Below, piece after piece: positions 16,515 to 25,694 of a DNA stretch of 42,446 nucleotides. This stretch comes from Sphingobacteriales bacterium (GTDB lineage: Bacteria > Bacteroidota > Bacteroidia > Sphingobacteriales > Sphingobacteriaceae). The stretch lies in NCBI GenBank assembly GCA_044448725.1, contig JBIOHE010000001.1:1-42446 (forward strand). The letters are read 5' to 3'. Position 1 is the first letter of the stretch; each line of letters starts with the position of its first letter. The notes under the pieces were generated by a model, which did no database searches, was not told where the DNA came from, and saw nothing but the letters and a program-made list of their open reading frames with translations. Made by a program: the position numbers and the translations under genes.

Positions 16515-16640
16515 GTCAATGGTCGATGGTCCATAGACCATGGTATCTATATGATAAAGAAGGAGTACCCTCCTGTCAATATTTACACTAAAAACTATGG
16601 ACTATGGACTATCGTCTATGGACAAAAAACCATGAACTAA
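16515..16640. repeat. Intergenic element with inverted heptamer arms (GTCnATG / ACTATGG)
   Basis: GTCAATG GTCGATG GTCCATA GACCATG ... ACTATGG ACTATGG ACTATCG TCTATGG AC. Confidence 0.75.
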
Positions 16641-16641
16641 A

Positions 16642-17946
16642 ATGAACGCATTTGTAATAAACGGCGGCAAACCGCTTAAAGGCGAAATTGTGCCGCAGGG
16701 TGCAAAAAACGAAGCATTACAGGTTATTTCGGCCGTGCTGTTAACTGCGGAAAAAGTAACCATCAGCAATATACCCGACATAAAGGACGTAAATAAACTG
16801 ATAGGCTTGCTTGGCGACATGGGCGTTACCATTGAGCGCCTGGCGCCGGATACTTACAGTTTTGAAGCGAAAAACATCGACCTTGATTTTTTCCTGTCGG
16901 ATGAGTTTAAAGAACAGGGCGGTGGTCTCCGCGGATCAATCATGATCGTGGGGCCTTTACTGGCCCGTTTTGGCAAGGCATCCATTCCAAAACCGGGTGG
17001 TGATAAAATTGGCCGCCGCAGGCTGGACACCCATTTCCTGGGTTTTGAAAAACTTGGCGCCCGGTTTGACTATGATCCTTCCAATGGTTTTTTTAATGTA
17101 GATGCCTCAAATTTAAAGGGCACTTACATTTTATTAGACGAAGCATCGGTTACCGGTACAGCCAATATAGTTATGGCGGCTGTTTTGGCTAAAGGAACTA
17201 CAACCTTATACAATGCTGCCTGTGAGCCCTATTTACAGCAATTGTGTAAAATGCTAAACCGTATGGGCGCAAAGATCAGCGGCGTTGGCTCAAACCTGCT
17301 AACTGTTGAAGGCGTTGCAAGCCTTGGGGGCACCGAACACCGTCTGCTGCCGGATATGATCGAGATCGGATCATTCATTGGCTTAGCAGCCATGACGGCA
17401 TCTGAAATTACTATTAAAGATGTACATTATCAGGAGTTGGGCATGATCCCCGATGTGTTCAGACGTTTAGGTATTCAATTTGAATTGAGGGGTGACGATA
17501 TTTATATCCCATCGCAGGAACATTATGAAATAGAGACTTTTATCGACGGCTCCATCATGACCATTGCCGACGCGCCCTGGCCCGGCTTTACCCCCGACCT
17601 GCTGAGCATTTGCCTGGTAGTTGCCACGCAAGCCAAGGGTTCGGTACTCATTCACCAGAAAATGTTTGAGAGCCGCCTGTTTTTTGTTGATAAATTGCTG
17701 GATATGGGCGCCCAGATTATTTTATGCGACCCGCACCGGGCAACAGTTATCGGCCTTGATAAACAGGTGCAGTTACGCGGCATCTCCATGACCTCACCCG
17801 ATATACGCGCCGGGGTATCACTGCTTATCGCCGCCCTGTCGGCAAAAGGCAAATCAACCATCTACAATATCGAGCAGATAGAACGCGGCTACCAGCATAT
17901 CGATCAGCGCCTGATCGCATTAGGGGCAGATATTACGAGGATATGA
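16642..17946 (+). CDS. murA: UDP-N-acetylglucosamine 1-carboxyvinyltransferase
   Basis: GAKNEAL, LRGSIM..GPLLARFG, PGGDKIGRR, SVTGTANI, PWPGFTPD, MFESR, PDIRAG, IERGY. Confidence 0.97.
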   Translation: MNAFVINGGKPLKGEIVPQGAKNEALQVISAVLLTAEKVTISNIPDIKDVNKLIGLLGDMGVTIERLAPDTYSFEAKNIDLDFFLSDEFKEQGGGLRGSIMIVGPLLARFGKASIPKPGGDKIGRRRLDTHFLGFEKLGARFDYDPSNGFFNVDASNLKGTYILLDEASVTGTANIVMAAVLAKGTTTLYNAACEPYLQQLCKMLNRMGAKISGVGSNLLTVEGVASLGGTEHRLLPDMIEIGSFIGLAAMTASEITIKDVHYQELGMIPDVFRRLGIQFELRGDDIYIPSQEHYEIETFIDGSIMTIADAPWPGFTPDLLSICLVVATQAKGSVLIHQKMFESRLFFVDKLLDMGAQIILCDPHRATVIGLDKQVQLRGISMTSPDIRAGVSLLIAALSAKGKSTIYNIEQIERGYQHIDQRLIALGADITRI

Positions 17947-17947
17947 G

Positions 17948-18080
17948 GAAAAGCTGAAAGCCGAAGGCTAAAAGCAGAAAGCAGAACAAAGGGGCTGAAA
18001 GTCTGCGACTTGAAAATGAAAATTTCTTAAGATTTTCGTTTATAAAAAGCTTTCTGCTTTGGTCTTTAAGCTTTCAGCTC
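17948..18080. repeat. Intergenic element with inverted heptamer arms (AAAGCTG / AGCTTTC)
   Basis: AAAGCTG AAAGCCG AAGGCTA AAAGCAG AAAGCAG ... AGCTTTC TGCTTTG GTCTTTA AGCTTTC AGCT. Confidence 0.75.
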
Positions 18081-18114
18081 AAAATACTATCTTTATCGCA
18101 AACCTCATTATACA

Positions 18115-19674
18115 ATGCCCTACCAAAACAGGAGATCGACATACGCCAGTTTTATACTGCTATTTGTATTGATCAAAATAGGCTTAAACCTATTGGCGAT
18201 GCCGCATTTTGGCTTTCACCGCGACGAGTTTTTGCACCTGGTACTTGCCGATCATCTGGATTGGGGCTATAAGGAGGTGCCGCCGTTTATTGCTTTACTG
18301 GCAAAAATAACAATTTCTGTTTTTGGGAATTCGGTTTTTGCAGCGCGCATTTTCCCTACTATTTGCAGTGGCCTTATCATCTGGTTTACCGGTTTAATAA
18401 CGGTTGAACTGGGTGGTAAAAAATTCGCTATTTCCCTCGCCTGCCTGGCGCTGATATTTTCACCGGCTTTTGCGGCAAGCGGCTACCTTTTTCAGCCGGT
18501 AGTATTCGACCAGCTTTGGTGGGTAATGGCGGTTTGGCTGCTTACAAAATACAGCAATACCTCATCAATTAAATATTTGTACTGGCTCGGCGTAGTAGTT
18601 GGTTTGGGTATGCTAACCAAATACTCCATGTCGTTTTTCGCATTTTCGCTGCTATTTGGCCTCGCCATCAGCAAACAACGCAAAATGCTGCTCAACCGGC
18701 ATATCATTGGCGCTGCAATAATAGCCATCATTATTTTTTTACCCAACCTGGTATGGCAGATCAACCACCATTTGCCGGTAATTACACACATGAGAAACCT
18801 GCGGAAATATCAGCTGGATTATATTAAACCATCTGATTTTATCAAACAGGAACTAATGGTGAACGGACTCGCTTTACTGGTATGGCTTACCGGTTTTATA
18901 TTTTTACTATTCTCAACAAGGCTCCATAAGTTCCAGTTTATTGCTATTGCATTTGTTTTAATTTTTACCTTTTTGCTGGTGATGAACGGCAAAAGCTATT
19001 ATCTGTTCGGCGCATTCCCAATGCTGTTTGCTGCAGGCGGCTTTGGATTTGAGCGATGGCTAAAAGCAAGCGGGAACGCATTGCGTGCTGTTGTGATAAT
19101 GATATTTACCCTCCCAAACCTGATTCTGTTTCCGATGGTTTTACCCATTTTACCCTTAAACCAAACGCTTGCTTTTTTCAGGTTCGCGCGTCAAAACCTT
19201 TCGTTTTCAAAATTTATTGTAACCTGGGAGGATCAAAAAGTTCACCAAACCACGCAGGACTACGCCGACATGCTGGGGTGGGATGAGATGACAGCCAAAG
19301 TAGCTAAAGCCTATCAAAGCCTTACACCCGAACAACAAAAGCATACGCAAATTTTTGCCGATAATTACGGGGAAGCAGGCGCCATACATCTTTTGGGTAA
19401 ACAATATCATTTGCCCGAGGTAATATCGCTCAACAGCAGTTTTACCTTGTGGGCGCCTGATAACCTCAACGGCCAGTACATTATTTATGTGGACGACCAG
19501 GGCGGCGGCAATATAGATACTTTTAAATCGTGCCTGGAAAGTTACCGCAAAGTTGGCGAAGTGGAGAACCCTCTTGCAAGGGAAAAAGGAACCGCTGTTT
19601 TTATTTTAGTACATCCTGGTCCGGCTTTAAATGACCGGTACAGGAAAGAACTGGCGGTAAAAAGGCTGGAATAA
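18115..19674 (+). CDS. ArnT/PMT-like (GT83/GT39) membrane glycosyltransferase
   Basis: GFHRDEF...LDWGY..VPP, GMLTKYS, LPNL.WQ, multiple TM helices, C-terminal NYGEAGA. Confidence 0.8.
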   Translation: MPYQNRRSTYASFILLFVLIKIGLNLLAMPHFGFHRDEFLHLVLADHLDWGYKEVPPFIALLAKITISVFGNSVFAARIFPTICSGLIIWFTGLITVELGGKKFAISLACLALIFSPAFAASGYLFQPVVFDQLWWVMAVWLLTKYSNTSSIKYLYWLGVVVGLGMLTKYSMSFFAFSLLFGLAISKQRKMLLNRHIIGAAIIAIIIFLPNLVWQINHHLPVITHMRNLRKYQLDYIKPSDFIKQELMVNGLALLVWLTGFIFLLFSTRLHKFQFIAIAFVLIFTFLLVMNGKSYYLFGAFPMLFAAGGFGFERWLKASGNALRAVVIMIFTLPNLILFPMVLPILPLNQTLAFFRFARQNLSFSKFIVTWEDQKVHQTTQDYADMLGWDEMTAKVAKAYQSLTPEQQKHTQIFADNYGEAGAIHLLGKQYHLPEVISLNSSFTLWAPDNLNGQYIIYVDDQGGGNIDTFKSCLESYRKVGEVENPLAREKGTAVFILVHPGPALNDRYRKELAVKRLE

Positions 19675-19713
19675 ATTGATTTGAAAATTTGATGATTTAA
19701 AAATTTGAAAATT
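19675..19713. repeat. TTTGAAAA-type octamer repeats directly after a stop codon
   Basis: ATTGATTTGAAAATTTGATGATTTAAAAATTTGAAAATTG. Confidence 0.45.
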
Positions 19714-19796
19714 GTTGCTGAGCTTTAGTGGAAAATCATTACCAACAAATCCAGTTTTACCGGGTTATTGATAGAATTAAAAATTGCTTATTATTT

Positions 19797-20168
19797 ATGC
19801 GGGGCTTAAAAACAATCATCTTTCTATTCATTTCCAACACCTTTATGACCTTTGCCTGGTACGGGCATCTAAAATTCAAAGATTATGACTGGGGCAAAAA
19901 CCTGGGGCTCTTCGCTATTATTTTGATCAGCTGGGGACTGGCATTTTTTGAATATACCTTCCAGGTGCCGGCTAACCGGGCTGGTTTTAAAGGCGATGGC
20001 GGTCCTTTTTCATTAGTTCAGCTAAAAACCATTCAGGAAGCCATTACTTTAACGGTATTTATGCTGTTCACCATTGTTTTCTTTAAATCCGAAAAACTGG
20101 CCTGGAACCACCTCGTTGGTTTCGGATTGATTGTACTGGCCGTGTTTGTGATATTTAAGAAATGGTGA
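19797..20168 (+). CDS. DMT superfamily small membrane protein (DUF486-like)
   Basis: SNTFMTFAWYGHLK, ISWGLAFFEY.FQVPANR.G, QLK.IQE.ITL.VF. Start at MRGLK. Confidence 0.88.
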   Translation: MRGLKTIIFLFISNTFMTFAWYGHLKFKDYDWGKNLGLFAIILISWGLAFFEYTFQVPANRAGFKGDGGPFSLVQLKTIQEAITLTVFMLFTIVFFKSEKLAWNHLVGFGLIVLAVFVIFKKW

Positions 20169-22122
20169 CGATGCTATGCACCAGTTCAAATAAATGAAAA
20201 CCATAGGGTTCAATAACTAAATATTCCTGGTCCGGGCCAACAAGAAACTCCTGTTGCGAATAGTGGTCAAAAAGCTTTGTATTAATACCGGCATGTTCTT
20301 TAAATGCCAGCCAGGTTAAATAAGATGGTTTATCGCTAAAATTAAACACGCAAATCAATTTATCATCGCCATAAGTTCTTACATAAGCCGCAACGTGAAT
20401 ATTAAAAGGCGCCAACCAGCTAAGATTTTTCAGGTCGCTTACAACCGCTAATTTTTTTCGGGTGCTGATTAGTTTAGCCGTGGCGGCAAAAACCCTTTGC
20501 TCTATAGTCCCCGGCTCATTAATTTTTTTATTTTTTTCCCAGTCAATAACAGGCCTGTGCATCCAGCGGTTATCATAACTTTTACCGGGGTCGTCCAGGT
20601 ACGAATAATCATTACAATAGCCAAGTTCATCGCCATAAAACAGCATCGGCACACCGCCAATAAAAAAGCTATGGGCCTGCATCAGCAAAATTTTACGTAT
20701 TGCCAGATCAACCGCATCCTGATCGTTCGCATTTATTGCCTTTTCAAGCCCGCATAAGGAGGCCAGCGACCCGCTGATCCGTGCATCGCCGGTTTTGGGG
20801 TTGGACGAAAACAAAGCGCCCTTCGATGGGCTCCCGGGGAAACTTCCCTCATAAAATTCTTTTAAAAACTTACGGTGCTGATAAGGGTCAAACCCGGCAG
20901 ACCGGATTGTATGGTCATCATAAGCTAATCCGATATCATCATGGCACCTGGTATAAGTGATCCACGAAGTGCCGAATGGTTTCCGCAGCAGGCCAGGCTG
21001 CGCGGAGAGCATTACGCGGGTATCGCCCGTAGCCAACATATCCCATTGCAGCGCCATTTGTGTGGCGTTATAGGCAAAATCACATTCCCTGGCCTGGTAT
21101 TGCCCTGTGCCGAAGTATTTCATTATCTCGTCCGGGCTAACTATGGCTTCTCCTAAAATAGCCATCCCCGGTGTTGCAGCAATTACGCACTGTTTAATTA
21201 AGCGGAGTAAAGTGTGGGCCTGGGGGAGGTTCTGACAGTTTGTTCCTAATTGTTTCCAGATAAAAGCGGGGGCATCTATCCGTAAAATATCCACACCAAT
21301 ATTGGCGTAAAAGAAAATATTATCCAGCATATCAACAAGCACCGATGGATTTGTATAATTCAAATCCCACTGGTAATTATGAAATACTGTCATTACCCAT
21401 TTATTGCATTCGGGCACGTAGGTGAAGTTTCCGGGCGAGCTTTCAGGGAATATCTCCGGCATCGACCTTTCATATTCCGAGGGAACAGACTGGTCGTTAA
21501 ACATGTAGAAATAATCCTGGTATTTTGGATCGCCCTGTTTAGCCATCAAAGCCCATTCGTGCTGATGCGAAGTATGGTTCAGCACTATATCCACCATCAG
21601 GTACATACCGGCTGCATCCATTTTTTTTTGTACCGACTGTAGATCTTTCAGCGTCCCAAAGCGTTTATCTACTTTTCTGAAATCAGAAACAGCATAACCG
21701 CCATCGCTTTCTCCGGCGGGGCTTTCAAAAACAGGCAACAGGTGCAACAGGTTTACGCCCAGTTTTTCGAAATGTTCGAGCTTATTGCCCAGGTTTTTTA
21801 TATCGCCGCAAAAACGGTCGACATATAAACTCATCCCTGTAATTTCATTGCTTAAAAACCAATTCCCCTTATTTGCTTTTTCTTCGTCCTTGTTTTTTAA
21901 AACAGCCGAACGTGTTTTATAAGCTTGTATAACAACCAGAATTAACCGGCTAAAAGAATCAGCTCCGGCAGGATGACCGGCATAAATTTCATTGTACAAA
22001 TCAAAGATAGCATCAGCATTAGCGATCATGCGCACATAAAAGCCGTTATCAGCACCTGCTATATCTATATTGTTTTTTTGCAGGATAGTATTAACTTCCT
22101 GATGTAATGAAGGACTATACAC
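20155..22122 (-). CDS. Amylosucrase/sucrose-hydrolase-like GH13 enzyme
   Basis: YVDRF, SDGGYAVSDF, LNHTS, QWDLNY, RIDAPAFIWK (nucleophile), GEAIV (acid/base), RCHDDIG, RISGSLASL.G, DNRWMHRP. Confidence 0.87.
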   Translation of the reverse strand: MYSPSLHQEVNTILQKNNIDIAGADNGFYVRMIANADAIFDLYNEIYAGHPAGADSFSRLILVVIQAYKTRSAVLKNKDEEKANKGNWFLSNEITGMSLYVDRFCGDIKNLGNKLEHFEKLGVNLLHLLPVFESPAGESDGGYAVSDFRKVDKRFGTLKDLQSVQKKMDAAGMYLMVDIVLNHTSHQHEWALMAKQGDPKYQDYFYMFNDQSVPSEYERSMPEIFPESSPGNFTYVPECNKWVMTVFHNYQWDLNYTNPSVLVDMLDNIFFYANIGVDILRIDAPAFIWKQLGTNCQNLPQAHTLLRLIKQCVIAATPGMAILGEAIVSPDEIMKYFGTGQYQARECDFAYNATQMALQWDMLATGDTRVMLSAQPGLLRKPFGTSWITYTRCHDDIGLAYDDHTIRSAGFDPYQHRKFLKEFYEGSFPGSPSKGALFSSNPKTGDARISGSLASLCGLEKAINANDQDAVDLAIRKILLMQAHSFFIGGVPMLFYGDELGYCNDYSYLDDPGKSYDNRWMHRPVIDWEKNKKINEPGTIEQRVFAATAKLISTRKKLAVVSDLKNLSWLAPFNIHVAAYVRTYGDDKLICVFNFSDKPSYLTWLAFKEHAGINTKLFDHYSQQEFLVGPDQEYLVIEPYGFHLFELVHSIVTIS

Positions 22123-22199
22123 GTTAAAAGGTTATTATTTAGGAAAATGCTTATTAATATTTAATTATCAATGATTTTTTACTCAAATTATCTTTTTCA

Positions 22200-23552
22200 C
22201 TAATGCCCGGCACCCGCAGGGACCAGCACCTCTTCTGTCACGGTATCTTTCTTAATGCGTGTAGTTGCCAGTGCTGCAATTAACAAAAGCACACCGGCAA
22301 AGCTTATAGCATTTGTAGGGTTACCGCCAAGGAAGTGCTTAAACACAAAACCAAAGCTGAGGGTTTGCAATATCATAGGTACCACAATCATCATATTGAT
22401 GATACCCATATAAACGCCATACCTTTCTTTTGGTATATTACCAACAACCATTATATAAGGTACACCCATCATACTTGCCCAGGCTATCCCAAAACCAACC
22501 ATGGGCGCGAATAAAAGCATCTTATCAGTAATATGAACAAAAACAAGCAAGCCTATCCCGGCCATAGCAAGGCAGGCGATATGCACATATTTTGCGCTGA
22601 ATTTACGCGCCAGCCATACCAGGCCAAAAGCCGAAGTAAATGTAACAATATTGTAAAAGCCATTTACTTTACCGGCCCAAACTACAGCCTGCTCATACAA
22701 TTCTTTATTGCCGTCGGGCGTGGTGTGGAAAACTGATTGGGCAATGCTTAAGGATACAAACTGCCAGTAACAAAACATGGCGTACCACTGAAACAGGTAA
22801 ACCAGGGCCAGCTTCCACATAATGCCAGGCATATCAGCTATGGCCGAAACTATCTCTTTTAAAGGTTCCAGAAATCCCCTTTTCCTGGCCCGCAGGTCAG
22901 TAAGTTCCTGATCTGTTGGCGGGATTTCAGGCGTGGTCAACACCGACCATACCACCGATACGATAGAACAGACAGCGCCTACAAAAAATGACCCAAAAAC
23001 CCAGTACGGAATACCTGATTGCCCGTCGGCGGTTTTGGTTTCCCCCGAAATAATATTCTTAAAAAATCCAAGCGAAAGATTAGCAAGCGTAATACCCAGA
23101 CCGGTAAAAAAGCTTTGCGTTAAAAACCCCAATGCCCTTTGTTTCTCCGGCAATTTATCGGCAATAAAAGCGCGGTAAGGTTCCATTGCTGTATTGTTGG
23201 CTGCATCCAGTATCCATAACAGGCCGGCAGCCATCCATAAAGCGCGGCTAAAGGGAAAAGAGAACAGGCACAGACTGCAAAAAACAGCCCCCATTAAAAA
23301 ATAGGGTTTCCTCCTCCCCCACCTTGGATGCCATGTTTTGTCGCTTAGTGCGCCGATTAGAGGTTGTATGAGAAGTCCGGTCATCGGGCCTGCCAGATTT
23401 AAAAGCGGCAATTGTTCGGGCCGGGCATGTAAAAAGGTATATAAAGGGTTTATAGCGGTTTGCTGTAAACCGAAGCTATACTGAATGCCGAAAAATCCGA
23501 CATTCATGTTTATAATTTGCCAAAAACTTAGCTTTGGTTTTAAAAATGCCAT
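22200..23552 (-). CDS. MFS alpha-glucoside (maltose/sucrose-type) transporter
   Basis: QIINMNVGFFGIQYSFGLQQ, QPLIGALSD.TW...GRRKPY, DAANN.AMEPYRAFIAD, GIAWASM, G.YMGIINM.IV.P. Confidence 0.85.
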   Translation of the reverse strand: MAFLKPKLSFWQIINMNVGFFGIQYSFGLQQTAINPLYTFLHARPEQLPLLNLAGPMTGLLIQPLIGALSDKTWHPRWGRRKPYFLMGAVFCSLCLFSFPFSRALWMAAGLLWILDAANNTAMEPYRAFIADKLPEKQRALGFLTQSFFTGLGITLANLSLGFFKNIISGETKTADGQSGIPYWVFGSFFVGAVCSIVSVVWSVLTTPEIPPTDQELTDLRARKRGFLEPLKEIVSAIADMPGIMWKLALVYLFQWYAMFCYWQFVSLSIAQSVFHTTPDGNKELYEQAVVWAGKVNGFYNIVTFTSAFGLVWLARKFSAKYVHIACLAMAGIGLLVFVHITDKMLLFAPMVGFGIAWASMMGVPYIMVVGNIPKERYGVYMGIINMMIVVPMILQTLSFGFVFKHFLGGNPTNAISFAGVLLLIAALATTRIKKDTVTEEVLVPAGAGH

Positions 23553-23737
23553 AAAAAAACAATAAAGTTTGTATTAATACTCAATAGGTTTAAAACAAAG
23601 GGAAGTGTAATAATACAATTTGGATTTGATAAACAGGCAACTTTTTCAAAACCGCCATCCTTTTCCTTAAAAAATCGTAATTTTAAGGCGTCGCAACATA
23701 CCCCGGTAACGGTATGGTAAACAGTAAATAATAGTAC

Positions 23738-25225
23738 ATGAGCAGCATCCATCATAAAGATATCGGAACAAAACAAAAGGCGCTGGCCATTAACCTGGAC
23801 CCTAAAATTTACGGCTCATTCGCCGAAATTGGCGCCGGTCAGGATGTGGCCGCTAACTTTTTTAAGGCTGGCGCTTCATCCGGCACTATAGCTAAAACCA
23901 TGTCGGCTTATGATATGACCTTTTCCGATGCTATTTATGGCGTGCAACAGGTACGCCGTTATGTTAGTGAAAACAGGCTCATATCCATGCTCGAACATGA
24001 GTACGGGTTGCTGATGGAGCGTCTGGCTGAACAGCGCGGCGATTCAACCACTTTTTTTGCTTTTGCCGATACCGTCTCTGCACTTAATTATCAAAAAACA
24101 AATGACGGGCATGGGTGGATGGGCGTGCGCTACCAGCTGGAACCAAACGGCGCTTTTAATGACGTGGTGCTTCATGTGAAATTATTGGATTACGATAATA
24201 ATATGCAGCAGCAGGCAGTCGGCGTACTTGGTGTGAACCTGATTTATGCCTGCTTTTATTATCATCAGAGTCCGCCGCTGTTTTTACAGTCCCTGATGGA
24301 CGACCTGTCGAGCGACCGTATTCAAATTGACATGATCCGCTTTGAAGGGCCAAACTTTACCAAGGTGGACAACCGCCTGATGAGTTTGCACCTTGTAAAA
24401 TACGGATTTTCGGACGCAGCTGTTTTCGGGCCCGACGGCAAAAACCAGCAACCTTCCGAAGTATTGTATAAAAAGCATATCCTTGTGATCCGCGGGCGTT
24501 TCCGGCCTATTATTAATGTGCACCTGGATATGCTTAACAATGGCGTAAAACAATTTATGCAGGAGCCTGATGTGGATAAGGCCAACGTTATAGTTATTAC
24601 CGAGCTTACCCTGCAGGCCCTGAAAGAAAAGGACGCCCAGGAAAACGCCGAAATTGATGAAAAAGATTTCCTCGACCGTGTGGATATTCTTTGTTCACTC
24701 GGGCAAACCGTGCTAATCTCGAATTTCCATGAGTATTATAAACTGGTGGCTTACCTGTCGAAGATCACCAAATTAAAACTGGGCGTGGTTGTCGGCTATC
24801 CCAACCTGGAGTATATTTTTTCGGAAGAACATTACCACGAATTACCCGGCGGCATCCTGGAGTCGTTCGCTACGCTGTTCAGCCGCAAAGTGAAGCTGTT
24901 TATATACCCAACGTTGCGCGATGGGGTGATACTGAACTGCCTTAAATTTTACCCGCCCCCCCACCTGATCGACCTGTACCGTTACCTGATTGCGAATAAC
25001 AAAATAGAAGACATCAGGCATTATAACGAAAACAACCTGAGTGTGCAAACCAATAAAGTACTGGAACTTATAAAACAAGGCGCCGAAGGCTGGGAACAAT
25101 ATGTACCCGCCGAAGTAGCCGCCATGATAAAAGACCGTTGTTTGTTTGGGTATGCCTGCGAGGTGGATGCGGCTAAGGAAGCTACCGGCTCCAATGAGGA
25201 TGAGAGTATTTTAGACAGGGTTTAA
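23738..25225 (+). CDS. Conserved Bacteroidota nucleotidyltransferase-like protein (NadD-like C-terminal half)
   Basis: N-terminal GSFAEIGAGQ..AGASSGTIAKTMSAYDM. C-terminal RGRFRPIINVH resembles a degenerate GxFxPxHxxH loop, followed by a 'W..YVP..VA..IK...LFG' tail. Confidence 0.6.
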   Translation: MSSIHHKDIGTKQKALAINLDPKIYGSFAEIGAGQDVAANFFKAGASSGTIAKTMSAYDMTFSDAIYGVQQVRRYVSENRLISMLEHEYGLLMERLAEQRGDSTTFFAFADTVSALNYQKTNDGHGWMGVRYQLEPNGAFNDVVLHVKLLDYDNNMQQQAVGVLGVNLIYACFYYHQSPPLFLQSLMDDLSSDRIQIDMIRFEGPNFTKVDNRLMSLHLVKYGFSDAAVFGPDGKNQQPSEVLYKKHILVIRGRFRPIINVHLDMLNNGVKQFMQEPDVDKANVIVITELTLQALKEKDAQENAEIDEKDFLDRVDILCSLGQTVLISNFHEYYKLVAYLSKITKLKLGVVVGYPNLEYIFSEEHYHELPGGILESFATLFSRKVKLFIYPTLRDGVILNCLKFYPPPHLIDLYRYLIANNKIEDIRHYNENNLSVQTNKVLELIKQGAEGWEQYVPAEVAAMIKDRCLFGYACEVDAAKEATGSNEDESILDRV

Positions 25226-25304
25226 AAACCGTCTGTTCAAGCATCTCATTTGAACACGTAAAATTTTGAGCCTCCACGCTCAGGTTGGGGATTAAAATTT
25301 ATAA

Positions 25305-25335
25305 TTTGTTTGAAGTTAATTTTGCTATATATTTG
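25305..25335 (+). promoter_or_regulatory. Sigma-A promoter placed for a near-leaderless transcript
   Basis: TTTG (25305-25308) - 19 nt - TATATTTG (25328-25335), 5 nt before the ATG at 25341. Confidence 0.6.
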
Positions 25336-25340
25336 TGAAT

Positions 25341-25595
25341 ATGCAAGTTTCAGAGATACAATTATTTCAAATATTAAAGGGTAAGATTGGGGAAAAGGAA
25401 GCCCAAACGCTGGTTGAATATGTTGAGACCAAAATCGAAAAGGAATTTGACACCAAAAGAGACGTATTGGCTACTAAAGAAGATTTAGCAAGAGAAGTAG
25501 GTAATACCAAGTCTGAAATCATTAAATGGATGTTTATTTTTTGGGTAGGCCAACTGGCCGCCATGATTGCTATTGTTAAGCTCTTCCATGTGTAA
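25341..25595 (+). CDS. Small DUF1640/CCDC90-like coiled-coil protein with C-terminal membrane anchor
   Basis: LK.KIGEKEAQTLV, LATKEDL, TKSEIIKWMFIFWVGQ and a hydrophobic tail. Confidence 0.7.
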   Translation: MQVSEIQLFQILKGKIGEKEAQTLVEYVETKIEKEFDTKRDVLATKEDLAREVGNTKSEIIKWMFIFWVGQLAAMIAIVKLFHV

Positions 25596-25694
25596 GTGAA
25601 CAAAAGAATAAATAACTGATCAAAATAATAAAACCGGGTGCCATCATTATCCTGTTTTACAAACTACAGGCAGTGCGTTATCCGTAGATACAAT

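Noticed and set aside
16361-16591. Alternative-frame ORFs (16361-16591 and 16337-16534)
   Set aside because: They are shadows of the AAC-rich DUF4290 tail and adjacent repeats.
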